A stretch of DNA of 64,000 nt from Spirochaetia bacterium (GTDB lineage Bacteria > Spirochaetota > Spirochaetia > SZUA-6 > Bin103), in assembly GCA_965199955.1 (NCBI GenBank), contig CBDATQ010000002.1:800001-864000 (forward strand), written 5' to 3'. Shown here one piece after another: positions 48,137 through 57,359 of the stretch; the stretch's first letter is position 1; every line of letters begins with the position of its first letter. Under the pieces are notes generated by a model. It saw nothing but the letters and a program-made list of their open reading frames with translations, was not told the DNA's origin and did not search any database. The translations under genes and the position numbers were made by a program.

Positions 48137-48260
48137 ATGGACACGAAATTGACGAGAATCGGAGTGTTCTACGACGGAAGCTACTTTTCTCACGTGAGCA
48201 ACTATTACTGCTACGACCACCAGCGGCGGGCCCGGATCAGCATTTCGGGCATGCACGACT
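48137..48260 (+). pseudogene. Truncated NYN (LabA/DUF88) ribonuclease N-terminus
   Basis: AGGAGG RBS; RIGVFYDGSYF..VSNYY...RARISISGMHDF, then collision with the convergent fucosidase stop. Confidence 0.6.
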
Positions 48261-49529
48261 TCACGCGACCACGTCGTTGCCGAAGTCCAGGCGGATCACC
48301 ATCACGGTGTCGGTCATGCGGTTGACCGGCAGGCCGCTCAGGCGGAGGTAGGGCGGCTCCTGCCAGTGCCACGGCGTGGTCTCGACCGTGGCGCGGAGCT
48401 CGCTTCCGTCGTTCAGCAGCGTCGCCCGCTCGGGAGCCACGCGCAGCGGCTTGAGGATCAGGCCGGTGCTCTGCGGCGCCGCCGGCAGGTGGACGTAGAT
48501 GGTGTTCCCCTTGCGCGTGACCAGCAGGCTGTCGCGAGGCACGTGGCGCGCGCCGCCGTGCATACCGATCGCATCGTCCTCGATCACCGTCGAGGCGGGC
48601 ACGGTGCCGTCGAACGCTTCGCGGACCTGGCGGTACCAGTTGCCCACCTGGGCGAGCGTGCCCAGGTTCTCCGCCGGCAGGCTGCCGTCCGCCTTCGGGC
48701 CGACGTTGAGGATGTAGTCGCCCCCCATCGCCAACACGCGGTCGATGCTCTCGATGATGTGGCGGTCGCTGTAGTAGTCCTCGTCCTCGCGATAGCCCCA
48801 GCTCTCGCGGCCGAGCGCCTGCACGGCCTGCGTCGGTGAGTCGAACTCGCGTGCCTCGGGGACATGGCGTTCCGGGGTGACGTAGTCGCCCCGGCTCGGA
48901 CCGCGGTCGTTGATCAGGATGCCGGGCTGCAGCTCGCGCACCATTTCGTTCAGGCTCGGGTCGTGGTGCTCGGCCACGTTCACGTCCCAGAAGAAGTCGC
49001 GCAGCGGACCGTAGTTGGTGCAGAGCTCCCGTACCTGACCGCGGACGAACTCCCAGTAGGCGCCGAGGTCCGGCCGGTCGCCGGGGCGCGGACCGAACAT
49101 CTCATGGTGGCGCCCCAGGTTCGGGTAGTGCGGGTGATGCCAGTCGGGGCAGGAGTAGTAGAAGCCGAGGGCGATGCCGCGGCGCGCGCACGCCTCGGCA
49201 AGCTGGGCCAGGATGTCCCGGCCGTAGGGGGTGTGCATCACCGAGTAGTCGGTCAGCTTCGTGTCCCACAGGCAGAACCCGTCGTGGTGCTTGGTCGTGA
49301 TCACGACGAAGCTCATGCCGGCGCTCTCGGCCGCGACCAGCCACTCGTCGGGATCGAAGCGGTCCGGGTCGAAGCGGTGGACGAGCTGCTCGTAGTCGCG
49401 CCGCTTCATGTCGGACCGCCAGAGGATCTGCTCGTGCCACGCCGGAATCGCGTACAGCCCCCAGTGGATGAACATTCCCAGCCGCTCCGTGAAGTACCGG
49501 TCGCGCCCGTCGCCGAATGGTCTGATCAT
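48261..49529 (-). CDS. Alpha-L-fucosidase (GH29)
   Basis: GMFIHWGLY, TTKHHDGFCLW, FYYSCPDW, WD, INDR, SWGY and LNVGP. Confidence 0.92.
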   Translation of the reverse strand: MIRPFGDGRDRYFTERLGMFIHWGLYAIPAWHEQILWRSDMKRRDYEQLVHRFDPDRFDPDEWLVAAESAGMSFVVITTKHHDGFCLWDTKLTDYSVMHTPYGRDILAQLAEACARRGIALGFYYSCPDWHHPHYPNLGRHHEMFGPRPGDRPDLGAYWEFVRGQVRELCTNYGPLRDFFWDVNVAEHHDPSLNEMVRELQPGILINDRGPSRGDYVTPERHVPEAREFDSPTQAVQALGRESWGYREDEDYYSDRHIIESIDRVLAMGGDYILNVGPKADGSLPAENLGTLAQVGNWYRQVREAFDGTVPASTVIEDDAIGMHGGARHVPRDSLLVTRKGNTIYVHLPAAPQSTGLILKPLRVAPERATLLNDGSELRATVETTPWHWQEPPYLRLSGLPVNRMTDTVMVIRLDFGNDVVA

Positions 49530-49936
49530 GGTCGTCCCCCCTGCTTGCGGCATCTTATCGGGGCTGCGGGGACGAGACGCGAGGCGCGGTGCCAGAGACG
49601 AAGCCGGCCGCCCAGCCGGCGGCGCACCGCGTCGAGTCCGCTCCCGAGCTGTCTCGCCTCGATCCTCGGTCGCACACCGAGTAGCCCGCATGTATGCCAG
49701 GGGAGCGCCACCCACCGCGGTCATGCGCTATCTGGAACGGCAAGCCGACAGAGGCTCGGAGGAAGCGGAATACATGCCGCGCCAGTACCTGGACGTCATG
49801 GTCCGCAACTCCAGGCCCATAGAGCATATCCGAGACATTGGAATGCTCTGATGCCAAGCTGCTGACGACTCGGTGATCTCCTGGAGTGACCGAGGCGTCG
49901 GTGGCGGCACAAGGTCGATACCGGCATGATTGACGG

Positions 49937-50869
49937 ATGAATTCCCCAGTCCTGACGCCCGCGTCGTTCTCGCCTTCGACCACGTCCGTCGAAGACTTCG
50001 ACTTCACCGCAGGGCAGGTGGACGCCGACGCCATGACGGCGGCGTACCGCAGGGATGGCGCCGTGGTGGTGCGCGGGTTGTCCGACGACTACGTGGCGGA
50101 CCTGCTGCAGGACATGGAGGCGATCCTGGAGCAGAGCCAGGCGCTTCTTCCCGAGGCGGCGGCGGCCAAGCACCACGCCAACGCCGTGACGACGCCGGAC
50201 GGCACGTTGTTCAACGCCGACCCCAGCGATCCGGGACGCATGGTCGTCAACACGCTGCGGCTGAACGCCATGATCTCCGGCGCCTTCCTGCGCTCGCTGG
50301 TCAACCCCGAGCTGCTGGATCTGCTGGCGGCGCTGATCGGGCCGGACATCGAGCTGTGGAAGTGGGGCCAATGCGTCTACAAGCAGCCCAGGACCGGCGT
50401 GCCCAAGTCGCTGCACCAGGATGGGTACTACTTCGAGCACAAGCTGCAGAGCCCGACGGCCGTGCTCAGCTACGCGGTCGACGTCGACATGGGCAACGCC
50501 CCCCTGTACGTGGTGCCCGGCTCGCACGAACTGGGGCTGATCAGGCACGACGACGACCGCTGGGCCGGGTTCGCGCTCAACGATCCCGTGTGGTGGGAGC
50601 GCGCCGTACCGATCGAGGGCCGGGCCGGGGATGCCGTGATCTTCCATACCTGCACGATCCACGGCTCGCCGGACAACCGCTCGGACCGGCCGCGCCCGGT
50701 GTTCATCCAGCGCTACCGGCGCGCTGACGACTTCTGCGTGATCGACGTCGCCAACGTCGCCGACCGGCAACGCGCCGAGCAGGCGCCGGTCGCGGCCAAG
50801 ACGGAGGACGATTGGGGCCTGATGGTGCGCGGCATCCGCCGCTATCAGCCAGCGGAGGGCAATCGCTGA
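49937..50869 (+). CDS. PhyH family Fe(II)/2OG dioxygenase
   Basis: YRRDGAV, LHQD, LYVVPGSH and TIHGSPDN. Confidence 0.9.
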   Translation: MNSPVLTPASFSPSTTSVEDFDFTAGQVDADAMTAAYRRDGAVVVRGLSDDYVADLLQDMEAILEQSQALLPEAAAAKHHANAVTTPDGTLFNADPSDPGRMVVNTLRLNAMISGAFLRSLVNPELLDLLAALIGPDIELWKWGQCVYKQPRTGVPKSLHQDGYYFEHKLQSPTAVLSYAVDVDMGNAPLYVVPGSHELGLIRHDDDRWAGFALNDPVWWERAVPIEGRAGDAVIFHTCTIHGSPDNRSDRPRPVFIQRYRRADDFCVIDVANVADRQRAEQAPVAAKTEDDWGLMVRGIRRYQPAEGNR

Positions 50870-50920
50870 GGGACGCTCGGCAAACATCGCGTACTGTCCT
50901 TTACGGAACAGGAGGTATGC

Positions 50921-51208
50921 ATGGTCGAGCTGATGGTGGTGCTGGCGCTCATGATCGCCCTGGTCGCGGTACGGGCCGTCCTCATGCGGAAGCGTGCGGG
51001 CAGGAAGGACTATCGCACCAGGGAACAACGCGCGAGCGCTGAACGTCCTGATCGTGTCGGCCTCTTCGGGCATGCCCGGCATCACCACGGGAGCGGCTGG
51101 GGTGGCGTCGCGGGCGGATACAGCTCCGGAGACTCCGGGGGCGGTGACTTCGGCGGCGCTGACTCGGGCGGAGGTGACTCCGGCGGTGGCGGAGACGGAG
51201 GCGAGTAA
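50921..51208 (+). CDS. Small membrane protein with Gly/Asp/Ser-rich tail
   Basis: AGGAGG RBS; one TM; GGDSGGG repeats encoded by degenerate 15-bp units. Confidence 0.7.
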   Translation: MVELMVVLALMIALVAVRAVLMRKRAGRKDYRTREQRASAERPDRVGLFGHARHHHGSGWGGVAGGYSSGDSGGGDFGGADSGGGDSGGGGDGGE

Positions 51209-51280
51209 CGCCCTCATTCGTACCTTTGCAGATGTACGACCACGCATGCCGGCAGCCTGACCTTGCCGGGATCCGGACGG

Positions 51281-51299
51281 TGCACTACGCTGTAGTGTA
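51281..51299. promoter_or_regulatory. Inverted repeat over the -10 box of the TA operon, candidate autoregulatory operator
   Basis: TGCACTAC-gct-GTAGTGTA (7/8 arm match) contains TACGCT 8 nt before ATG 51300. Confidence 0.55.
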
Positions 51300-51584
51300 A
51301 TGCAGAAGAACGAAGTCTACAGTTGGCGGCTCGACGCGGCGCTGAAAGAGGCGCTGGAGAGGGCTGCTCGTGCCGAAGACACGAGCGTCGCGAGCTTGCT
51401 GCGAACGATCGTCACCGACTGGCTTGCGCGCAACTCGGCGAATGGAGACGACGCGGCTTCCCAGCTCCGGATGCGCAACCAGGCGCTCCGCTGCGCCGGA
51501 TCGATCCGGGGGGGCGATCCGAATCGAGCGGAACAGGCAAGCAGTCGCGTGCGAGCGGCGTTGCAGGATCGACGTGCGCGTTGA
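51300..51584 (+). CDS. Ribbon-helix-helix-like antitoxin
   Basis: VYSWRLDAALKEALERAARAEDTSVASLLR; overlaps the PIN toxin start. Confidence 0.75.
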   Translation: MQKNEVYSWRLDAALKEALERAARAEDTSVASLLRTIVTDWLARNSANGDDAASQLRMRNQALRCAGSIRGGDPNRAEQASSRVRAALQDRRAR

Positions 51585-51993
51585 GGGACTTGCCGACACC
51601 GGCGCTCTGCTCGCCTTCCTCGATGAGGACGACAAGTGGCACGAACGATGTGTCGCGACATTCGAGCGCCTGCGTCTCCCGCTCGGGACGACCGCTGCGG
51701 TTCTCGCCGAGCTGTTTCACCTGCTCGGCCACTCGGGAGAGCTGGCTCCAGCATGGGGACTGATCAGGTCGGATGCGATCACCGTTCTTCCCATCGTCGA
51801 TGACGATCTTCCGGCTCTCGATGAACTGATGAAGCGTTACGCCGACCGTCCCATGGACTTCGCGGACGCAACGCTGGTGCATGCCGCGGATCGCGAGGGG
51901 ATCACGACGGTGTTCACCATCGACCATGACGACTTTCAGACGTACCGAGTCGGCAGGCGGCGTCGGTTCCGGATCGCCCCCGAGCGCTGGTAG
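51574..51993 (+). CDS. PIN-domain (VapC) toxin
   Basis: LADTGALLA, DKWH, VLAE, MDFADA and TID-HDDF. Confidence 0.88.
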   Translation: MRVEGLADTGALLAFLDEDDKWHERCVATFERLRLPLGTTAAVLAELFHLLGHSGELAPAWGLIRSDAITVLPIVDDDLPALDELMKRYADRPMDFADATLVHAADREGITTVFTIDHDDFQTYRVGRRRRFRIAPERW

Positions 51994-52004
51994 ATCGGCT
52001 GGGC

Positions 52005-52511
52005 GTGTCACTGAACGAGTTGTGCCGTGCCGCACTTGCGGCTGCGGTGGATGCGGAAGCCGGCGGGGCGACCACGGAGGCGGCCTTGCCGGACCACGGG
52101 ATGCTGGCCCGGATCACCAAGTCCTATCGGCCGGACATCGTCGGGGTGATCCTGTTCGGCTCCCGTGCGCAGGGCACCGCGAGGCCGGACTCCGACTGGG
52201 ATGTCGTGCTGGTCATGACGCCGGCGACAGCGCTCTCACGCGATCTGTACCGGACCTGGGATGAGCGCATCGATCGCGGCACGCGGGATCCGGTGGTGAG
52301 TCCGCACTTCATCCATCTGCCACCTGCTGACGGCGGCGGATCGCTGTGGTTGGAGGCGGCGCTGCACGGCCAGGTGCTCTGGCAGCGCGACGCCGGCCTG
52401 ACGCGCCGCCTGGCGGGCGCCCGGGAGCGGATAGCGGCGGGGAAGGTGCGCTGGCGCGTCGCCTATGGAACCCCGTACTGGGTGCACGGGGAGCCGGATG
52501 TACAACTCTGA
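52005..52511 (+). CDS. Nucleotidyltransferase domain protein (N-terminal RHH part possibly clipped)
   Basis: ILFGSRAQGTARPDSDWDV; begins (G)VSLNELC. Confidence 0.8.
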   Translation: MSLNELCRAALAAAVDAEAGGATTEAALPDHGMLARITKSYRPDIVGVILFGSRAQGTARPDSDWDVVLVMTPATALSRDLYRTWDERIDRGTRDPVVSPHFIHLPPADGGGSLWLEAALHGQVLWQRDAGLTRRLAGARERIAAGKVRWRVAYGTPYWVHGEPDVQL

Positions 52512-52917
52512 TCTCACCAGCGACTACCTGCAGCGCGCCGCCAGCAGGCTCAAGGCGATCGAGGTACTGCTGGCGGAATCGAGTTGGGCGGATGTCGTGC
52601 GCGAGTCACAGGAGGTGGTCGAGATCTGTCTCAAGGCGCTGCTTCGTCACGTCCGCATCGAGGTTCCGCGCCTGCACGACGTGAGTCCCGTGCTGGAGGA
52701 CAACCGCGATCGCCTGCCGGCGGCGGCGCTGTCGCACCTGGATCGACTGAGCGGCGTGTCGCGTTCGCTGCGGCGTGACCGCGAGTTGGCATTCTATGGG
52801 AGCGAGGATCTGACGCCGAACGCGTTCTATCGCCGGGAGGATGCGGAGAAGGCATTGCAGGACGCTTCATTCGTGCGCCGCACCGTGCTGGACGCGGTGG
52901 AGGAAGCGGATCCATAG
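52498..52917 (+). CDS. HEPN domain protein
   Basis: DVVRESQEVVEICLKALLR, PRLHDV and LRRDRELAFYG. Confidence 0.88.
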   Translation: MYNSDLTSDYLQRAASRLKAIEVLLAESSWADVVRESQEVVEICLKALLRHVRIEVPRLHDVSPVLEDNRDRLPAAALSHLDRLSGVSRSLRRDRELAFYGSEDLTPNAFYRREDAEKALQDASFVRRTVLDAVEEADP

Positions 52918-52942
52918 CTCATCGCCTCGTCCAGCGATAGAG

Positions 52943-53116
52943 CTACGTCTCGCAGGGGTCCTCCGGGGGGCTCAGCCACGTTCGCGTGAGTCGCGCGAGT
53001 TCACCGGGTCGCAGCCTGCCGGAAGCGGCCGATCCGAACAGAACGGCGAAGGTCAGGTGCGGAAAGCGCTCAAGCTCCGAGCCGACCGCCGAGGCGATCT
53101 CATCGGCGGCCGACAT
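52943..53116 (-). pseudogene. Truncated MNT nucleotidyltransferase fragment
   Basis: FPHLTFAVLFGSAASGRLRP ends before the DxD motif. Confidence 0.6.
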
Positions 53117-53155
53117 CGGTACCATCGTCGCACACCGGGAGGAGCCGAGCGGCTG

Positions 53156-54214
53156 TCATGCCAGCCGCTCCCACCGGGCGGGGTCGATGGCGCCGGTCAC
53201 CGGCCGGCCCGCGAAGAAGTCCTCCAGCGCGGCTACCGTGGCATCGCCGATGCGGCGGTGGCCGTAGCGGCCGTGGCCGGCCACGTGCGGCGTCAGGATC
53301 ACGTTGGGCATCGCGCGCAGCGGACTGTCGGCGGGCGGGGGCTCGGGAGTCGTGACGTCAAGCGCCACCCGGATCCGGCCGGTGGACGCCTCCCGGATCA
53401 GGGCGTCGTGGTCGATCAGGCTTCCCCGCGCGGTGTTGACCAGCACGGCGCCATCACGCAACAGGCGGAGCTGCTCGGTGCCCACCATACGGTCGGTCTC
53501 CGGGATGCTCGGCGCGTGCAGGGACACGATGTCCGAGCGGGCGAACAGGTCGTTCAACTGCGCTTTCTCGACTTCCATTCTTTCCGCTCCCTCCGCGGTC
53601 AGAAACGGGTCGTAGACCAGCATCCGCACCGCGAACGGGCGCAGTACCCGGATGACCTCGCGGCCAACGTCGCTGGCGCCGACGATGCCGACGGTGGCGC
53701 CGGTCAGGTACTGCTCACCCACCGGGATCGCAGGCGTTCGCCAGCCGCCGGTGCCGCGCACGTGCAGAGCGTGCTCCATCAGCCGCTTCGCGCTCATGAT
53801 GATCAGGCCCAGCGTGGTCTCGGCCACGTTGTGGGCGATCGGCACCGTGGCCGTGCACACGCAGATGCGGCGCGGGACGATGTAGCGGTCCCACACTTGG
53901 TCCAGCATGCGGCGCACCGAGCCGGCCGAGTGGGCGATGATCCGCAGCCGGTCGGCCGCCTGCATCACCGCGGGCGTGATCGCCGGCGGTCCGCCGGAAG
54001 CCGGGGCCGCCCAGCCGGTGATCAGCGCATCGTGTCCGCCGATCAGGGAGCAGACCTCCCCCTCCGTCAGGTCGCTCTCGCCCTCGTTGCCGGTCACCTC
54101 GAAGCGTTCCTGCAGGCGCGCCCAGGACTCGGGGGTGAACACCTTCTCTCTGTGCTCGCGGCCGGGCAGCAGCAACACGCGCGGCCTGCGCGGCGTGGCG
54201 GTGTCAGCCGGCAT
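53156..54214 (-). CDS. D-isomer-specific 2-hydroxyacid dehydrogenase
   Basis: HSAGSVR, GIVGASDVG, SLHAP, VNTARG, LDVTTPEP and TPHVAG. Confidence 0.92.
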   Translation of the reverse strand: MPADTATPRRPRVLLLPGREHREKVFTPESWARLQERFEVTGNEGESDLTEGEVCSLIGGHDALITGWAAPASGGPPAITPAVMQAADRLRIIAHSAGSVRRMLDQVWDRYIVPRRICVCTATVPIAHNVAETTLGLIIMSAKRLMEHALHVRGTGGWRTPAIPVGEQYLTGATVGIVGASDVGREVIRVLRPFAVRMLVYDPFLTAEGAERMEVEKAQLNDLFARSDIVSLHAPSIPETDRMVGTEQLRLLRDGAVLVNTARGSLIDHDALIREASTGRIRVALDVTTPEPPPADSPLRAMPNVILTPHVAGHGRYGHRRIGDATVAALEDFFAGRPVTGAIDPARWERLA

Positions 54215-55670
54215 GGTGCGCTGCCCCCGTGCTGTCGAGCTCGGAGTCACCCGTGGCGAGCTGCCAGTCGCGGATGCGGGCGGTGAGGTCGCGGCAGCGT
54301 TCGGCGTGCTCCGGGCGGAAGGCCAAGTTGGCCGTCTCGCCCGGATCGTCGTTCAGGTCGTAGAGCTCGTGCTGGCCGGCGGGGCTCAGGCAGAATTTCC
54401 ACCCCTCGGGCGTGACGATGCAGCGCACGGCGTCGGCCAGGTCGGCCAGCCCGGCCTCGCGCGTGGTCACCTCGGCCAGGTAGTCGGGCAGCGGGTCGCG
54501 CTTCAAGTCTTCGTGGACCAGGTAGTTTATGTCCGTCCACTCCACGAACGCCGGCCGCGGCGGCGGATCGGTGCCGTCCAGCCACGGGGTGAGCGACGTG
54601 CCTTGCAGGTGCTCGGGCGCGGCGACGCCCAGCTCGTCGAGCACGGTTGGCACGATATCCACGTGACCGACCGGCGCGTGCACGTGCCGGGCTTGGCGCT
54701 GCCCCGGCCGGCTGACCAGCAGCGGCACGCCGATCGACTCCTCGTACATCAGGTTCTTGCCGAAGAGCTGGTGGCTGCCGGCCAGCTCGCCGTGATCGGC
54801 GGTGAGGATCACCAGTGTGTCATCGGCCGCGCCCGAGGCGTCGAGCTGGTCGAACACCCGGTCGAGCGCTCGGTCGACCTGCGTACACAGGCCCCAGTAG
54901 CGCTGGATCAAGAGGCGCCACGCCAGCTCGGAGCGCAGGGCGATGCCGTCCTTGCGGTGGTGCAGCACGGACAGGTGCTCCAGCAGCGCCTTGCGCGGCT
55001 GATCCGGGCCGGGCGGATGGTGCCAGTTGTCCGGCAGCGGCACCTGGTCGAACGGATGCAGGTCGTCCAGGGGTCCGGACAGCGGGTCGTGGGGTTCGTA
55101 GAAGCAGAGGGTGAGGGCGAACGGCCTGCCCGCGTGGCGGCGGATGAAGTCACACGCCTTGGCCGCGATGTTGGACGGGCCGCCCAGGTGCTCGGGGATG
55201 GCGGGCCGGTCCGCCTTGCCGAAGCGTACGCCGTCGACCGGCGTGAGGCCGTGCGCGCGCAGCAGATGATCGGGCGCGATGTCATTGAAGTCGAGTTCGT
55301 CGATGGCGCAGGCGCGCGGCGCCGGCCCGTCGGCATAGCGGTGGCTGCCGCTGCGGCCGAAGAACCCGCAGACCCAGCGATCGTCGAGCAGATCGGTCAG
55401 GCATCGGATGTGGTCGTGCATGGGATGCCGGCCCAGCGTGACCTGGCCGTTGTAGTGCGGCCAAGTGCCCGTGAACAGGCAGGCGCGCGCCGGACCGCAC
55501 ACCGGCTGGGCGCAGTAGGCGCGGCGAAAGACGGTGCTCCGCTCGGCCAGCGTGTTCATGCGCGGCACCTGGATGCGGTCGTTGCCGTAGGCGGCCAGGG
55601 TGGAGCGCGCCTGCTGATCGGTGACGATCAGCAGCAGGTTCGGAGACGTGGACGAGGAGCGCTGGGCCAT
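54204..55670 (-). CDS. Sulfatase (formylglycine type)
   Basis: PNLLLIVTDQ, CGPARAC (CxPxR), EPHDP, TADHGE and ELYDLNDDPGE. Confidence 0.92.
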   Translation of the reverse strand: MAQRSSSTSPNLLLIVTDQQARSTLAAYGNDRIQVPRMNTLAERSTVFRRAYCAQPVCGPARACLFTGTWPHYNGQVTLGRHPMHDHIRCLTDLLDDRWVCGFFGRSGSHRYADGPAPRACAIDELDFNDIAPDHLLRAHGLTPVDGVRFGKADRPAIPEHLGGPSNIAAKACDFIRRHAGRPFALTLCFYEPHDPLSGPLDDLHPFDQVPLPDNWHHPPGPDQPRKALLEHLSVLHHRKDGIALRSELAWRLLIQRYWGLCTQVDRALDRVFDQLDASGAADDTLVILTADHGELAGSHQLFGKNLMYEESIGVPLLVSRPGQRQARHVHAPVGHVDIVPTVLDELGVAAPEHLQGTSLTPWLDGTDPPPRPAFVEWTDINYLVHEDLKRDPLPDYLAEVTTREAGLADLADAVRCIVTPEGWKFCLSPAGQHELYDLNDDPGETANLAFRPEHAERCRDLTARIRDWQLATGDSELDSTGAAHHAG

Positions 55671-55686
55671 CGCGGACGGCTCGGCC

Positions 55687-56514
55687 TCAGGCCACCGCCG
55701 GCTCGATGCGGCGCCGCTCCTGCTGCGTTCTGCCGTCCGGGTCCGGGGTGATCGCAGCGCCGGCCGGCATGTAGATCACGTTCATGGCCCGCCGCCGCCG
55801 GTCGGTCGGATTGGGGTCGGAGCCGTGCAGCACGCGCGGGTTCAGCAGATAGGACTCGCCGGCCGCGGCGGTGAGGACCACTTTCTCCCCGTCGTTCTCC
55901 TGAGCGGTCGCCCGGGAACGGGCGCGGGCCGTGACTTCCTGCCACGGCAGGCCGTCGGCATCGAAGTGCTGGGCATCGAAGTGCTGGGCATCGGAATGCT
56001 GGGCATCGGAATGCTGGCTGCCCGGCAGGATGTACATGGCGCCGTTGTCGGCACCGGCGTCGTCGAGCGCGGTCCAGATCGTGAAATAGGGAGTGCCGGG
56101 AACCGGAAAGCCGGTGCCCGTGTCCTGGTGCCAGCCGAGAGCGGTGCCGCCGTGCGCGGGCTTCATCAGGATCATCGCCCGGTGGATGGCAAGCGGCTGC
56201 GGGACGAGCTGGTGAATCACATCGAGCATCGCCGGACCGGTGATCACCGGGTAGAAGACCGGATCCCACTCCAGGCCGCCGATCTTGCGGTAGCCGTCGG
56301 AGGCGCCCGCGTACGCGTAGCCGGTGGAGTCGTAACCGGCGTGGTGCCACTTCTCGTCAAGCTGGAAGCCGACCCGGCCCGGAGGGACGCGGCCGGAGGT
56401 CAGGTCGTCCGTGCGGCGGCTGAGCGCCTCCAGCTCTCCGGCGCTCATCACCGCTCCGAGCGGCAGGTAGCCGTCGGCACGGAATCGATCGAGCTGTTCG
56501 CCGGTGAGCGCCAT
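55687..56514 (-). CDS. PhyH family Fe(II)/2OG dioxygenase with internal pentapeptide repeat
   Basis: FRADGYL, WHQD, WTALD, NGAMYILPGS and VLHGSDPN. Confidence 0.9.
   Translation of the reverse strand: MALTGEQLDRFRADGYLPLGAVMSAGELEALSRRTDDLTSGRVPPGRVGFQLDEKWHHAGYDSTGYAYAGASDGYRKIGGLEWDPVFYPVITGPAMLDVIHQLVPQPLAIHRAMILMKPAHGGTALGWHQDTGTGFPVPGTPYFTIWTALDDAGADNGAMYILPGSQHSDAQHSDAQHFDAQHFDADGLPWQEVTARARSRATAQENDGEKVVLTAAAGESYLLNPRVLHGSDPNPTDRRRRAMNVIYMPAGAAITPDPDGRTQQERRRIEPAVA
55957..56016. repeat. In-frame 15-bp tandem repeat x4
   Basis: ggcatcgaagtgctg x2 plus ggcatcggaatgctg x2; encodes QHSDA QHSDA QHFDA QHFDA on the minus strand. Confidence 0.95.
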
Positions 56515-56518
56515 CGGT

Positions 56519-56947
56519 CTACTCCTCGGCCGGCGCGTCGCGCAGCTTTTCCAGGATGAACTCGTTGCCTAGGCCGTAGGTCTTCGACTCGTCCATCATC
56601 AGCGCCATGTTCGGGAAGCTGATGATGCGCCAGCCGTCGTTCATCGCCTTCAGCACGCTCTGGTACGGCCAGTCCTCGGGATCCTCGGGACACGCCTTGA
56701 CCTCGCCGTCCTCGACCAGGGCCATGCCGTTGACCTTGGAGGTGACCGACGAGAACAGCGTCCACAGGTAGAGGACATCCTGCCGGTGGCCGTTGCCGCG
56801 CATCGCGCGAGCTGCTTCCGCGCAGGCGCGCAGGCGCTCCGCCGGCAGCCGGTCCGACTCCAGAAGCCGGACGCACTCCTGCAGCTCGTCAGCCAGCTTG
56901 TCCGCGTCCATGGGAGCACGCTGTTCCGTCACCTCGTGCGCTGTCAA
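56519..56947 (-). CDS. Hypothetical PhyH-associated small protein (paralog of 60409-60783)
   Basis: RQDVLYL...WPYQSV...DGWRI..FP...TYGLGNEFILEK; stop lies 4 bp before the PhyH start. Start uncertain. Confidence 0.8.
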   Translation of the reverse strand: MTAHEVTEQRAPMDADKLADELQECVRLLESDRLPAERLRACAEAARAMRGNGHRQDVLYLWTLFSSVTSKVNGMALVEDGEVKACPEDPEDWPYQSVLKAMNDGWRIISFPNMALMMDESKTYGLGNEFILEKLRDAPAEE

Positions 56948-56972
56948 CAGCTCGACGCCGCGCGGCCCGCCG

Positions 56973-57359
56973 TCACCAGATCGTGTCGGCGCCGAGCGCG
57001 CCGATCGCCGGATCGGGCGTCGCGACGCTGATTTTCTGAACCATCGCCTGCGCGGCGATCATCCGGTCGAAGGGATCACGATGGGCGTGGGGGAGGGCGC
57101 CCGCGCGCAGCGCATGTGCGCCGGCGATCGTGAGTTGGCGATAGCCGTCCTGAGCCAGCCGGTCGTCCCACTCCTCGATGACCTGGCAGCCCGCCGGGTA
57201 GTTGCCCAGCCGGTGCTGCGTGGCGATCTCCCAGGCGCTCGCGGCGCTGACCCACACCTTGTTGTGCGGATCCTCGAGCAGTCCGCGCACCCGGCTGCTG
57301 AGCTTCTCGGGCTCTGCCCAGGCCCACAGCAGCGTGCGAGTATCGAGCAGGAGCCTCAT
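56973..57359 (-). CDS. PIN-domain (VapC) toxin
   Basis: MRLLLDT, VSAASAWEI and HRDPFDRMIAAQA. Confidence 0.9.
   Translation of the reverse strand: MRLLLDTRTLLWAWAEPEKLSSRVRGLLEDPHNKVWVSAASAWEIATQHRLGNYPAGCQVIEEWDDRLAQDGYRQLTIAGAHALRAGALPHAHRDPFDRMIAAQAMVQKISVATPDPAIGALGADTIW

Noticed and set aside
49724..49851. Short ORF MRYLERQADRGSEEA..., faintly like an antitoxin C-terminus
   Set aside because: Too short, with no clear start signals and only a weak resemblance.
51121..51200. Degenerate 15-bp repeats
   Set aside because: Explained by the Gly-rich low-complexity tail of the 50921 protein.
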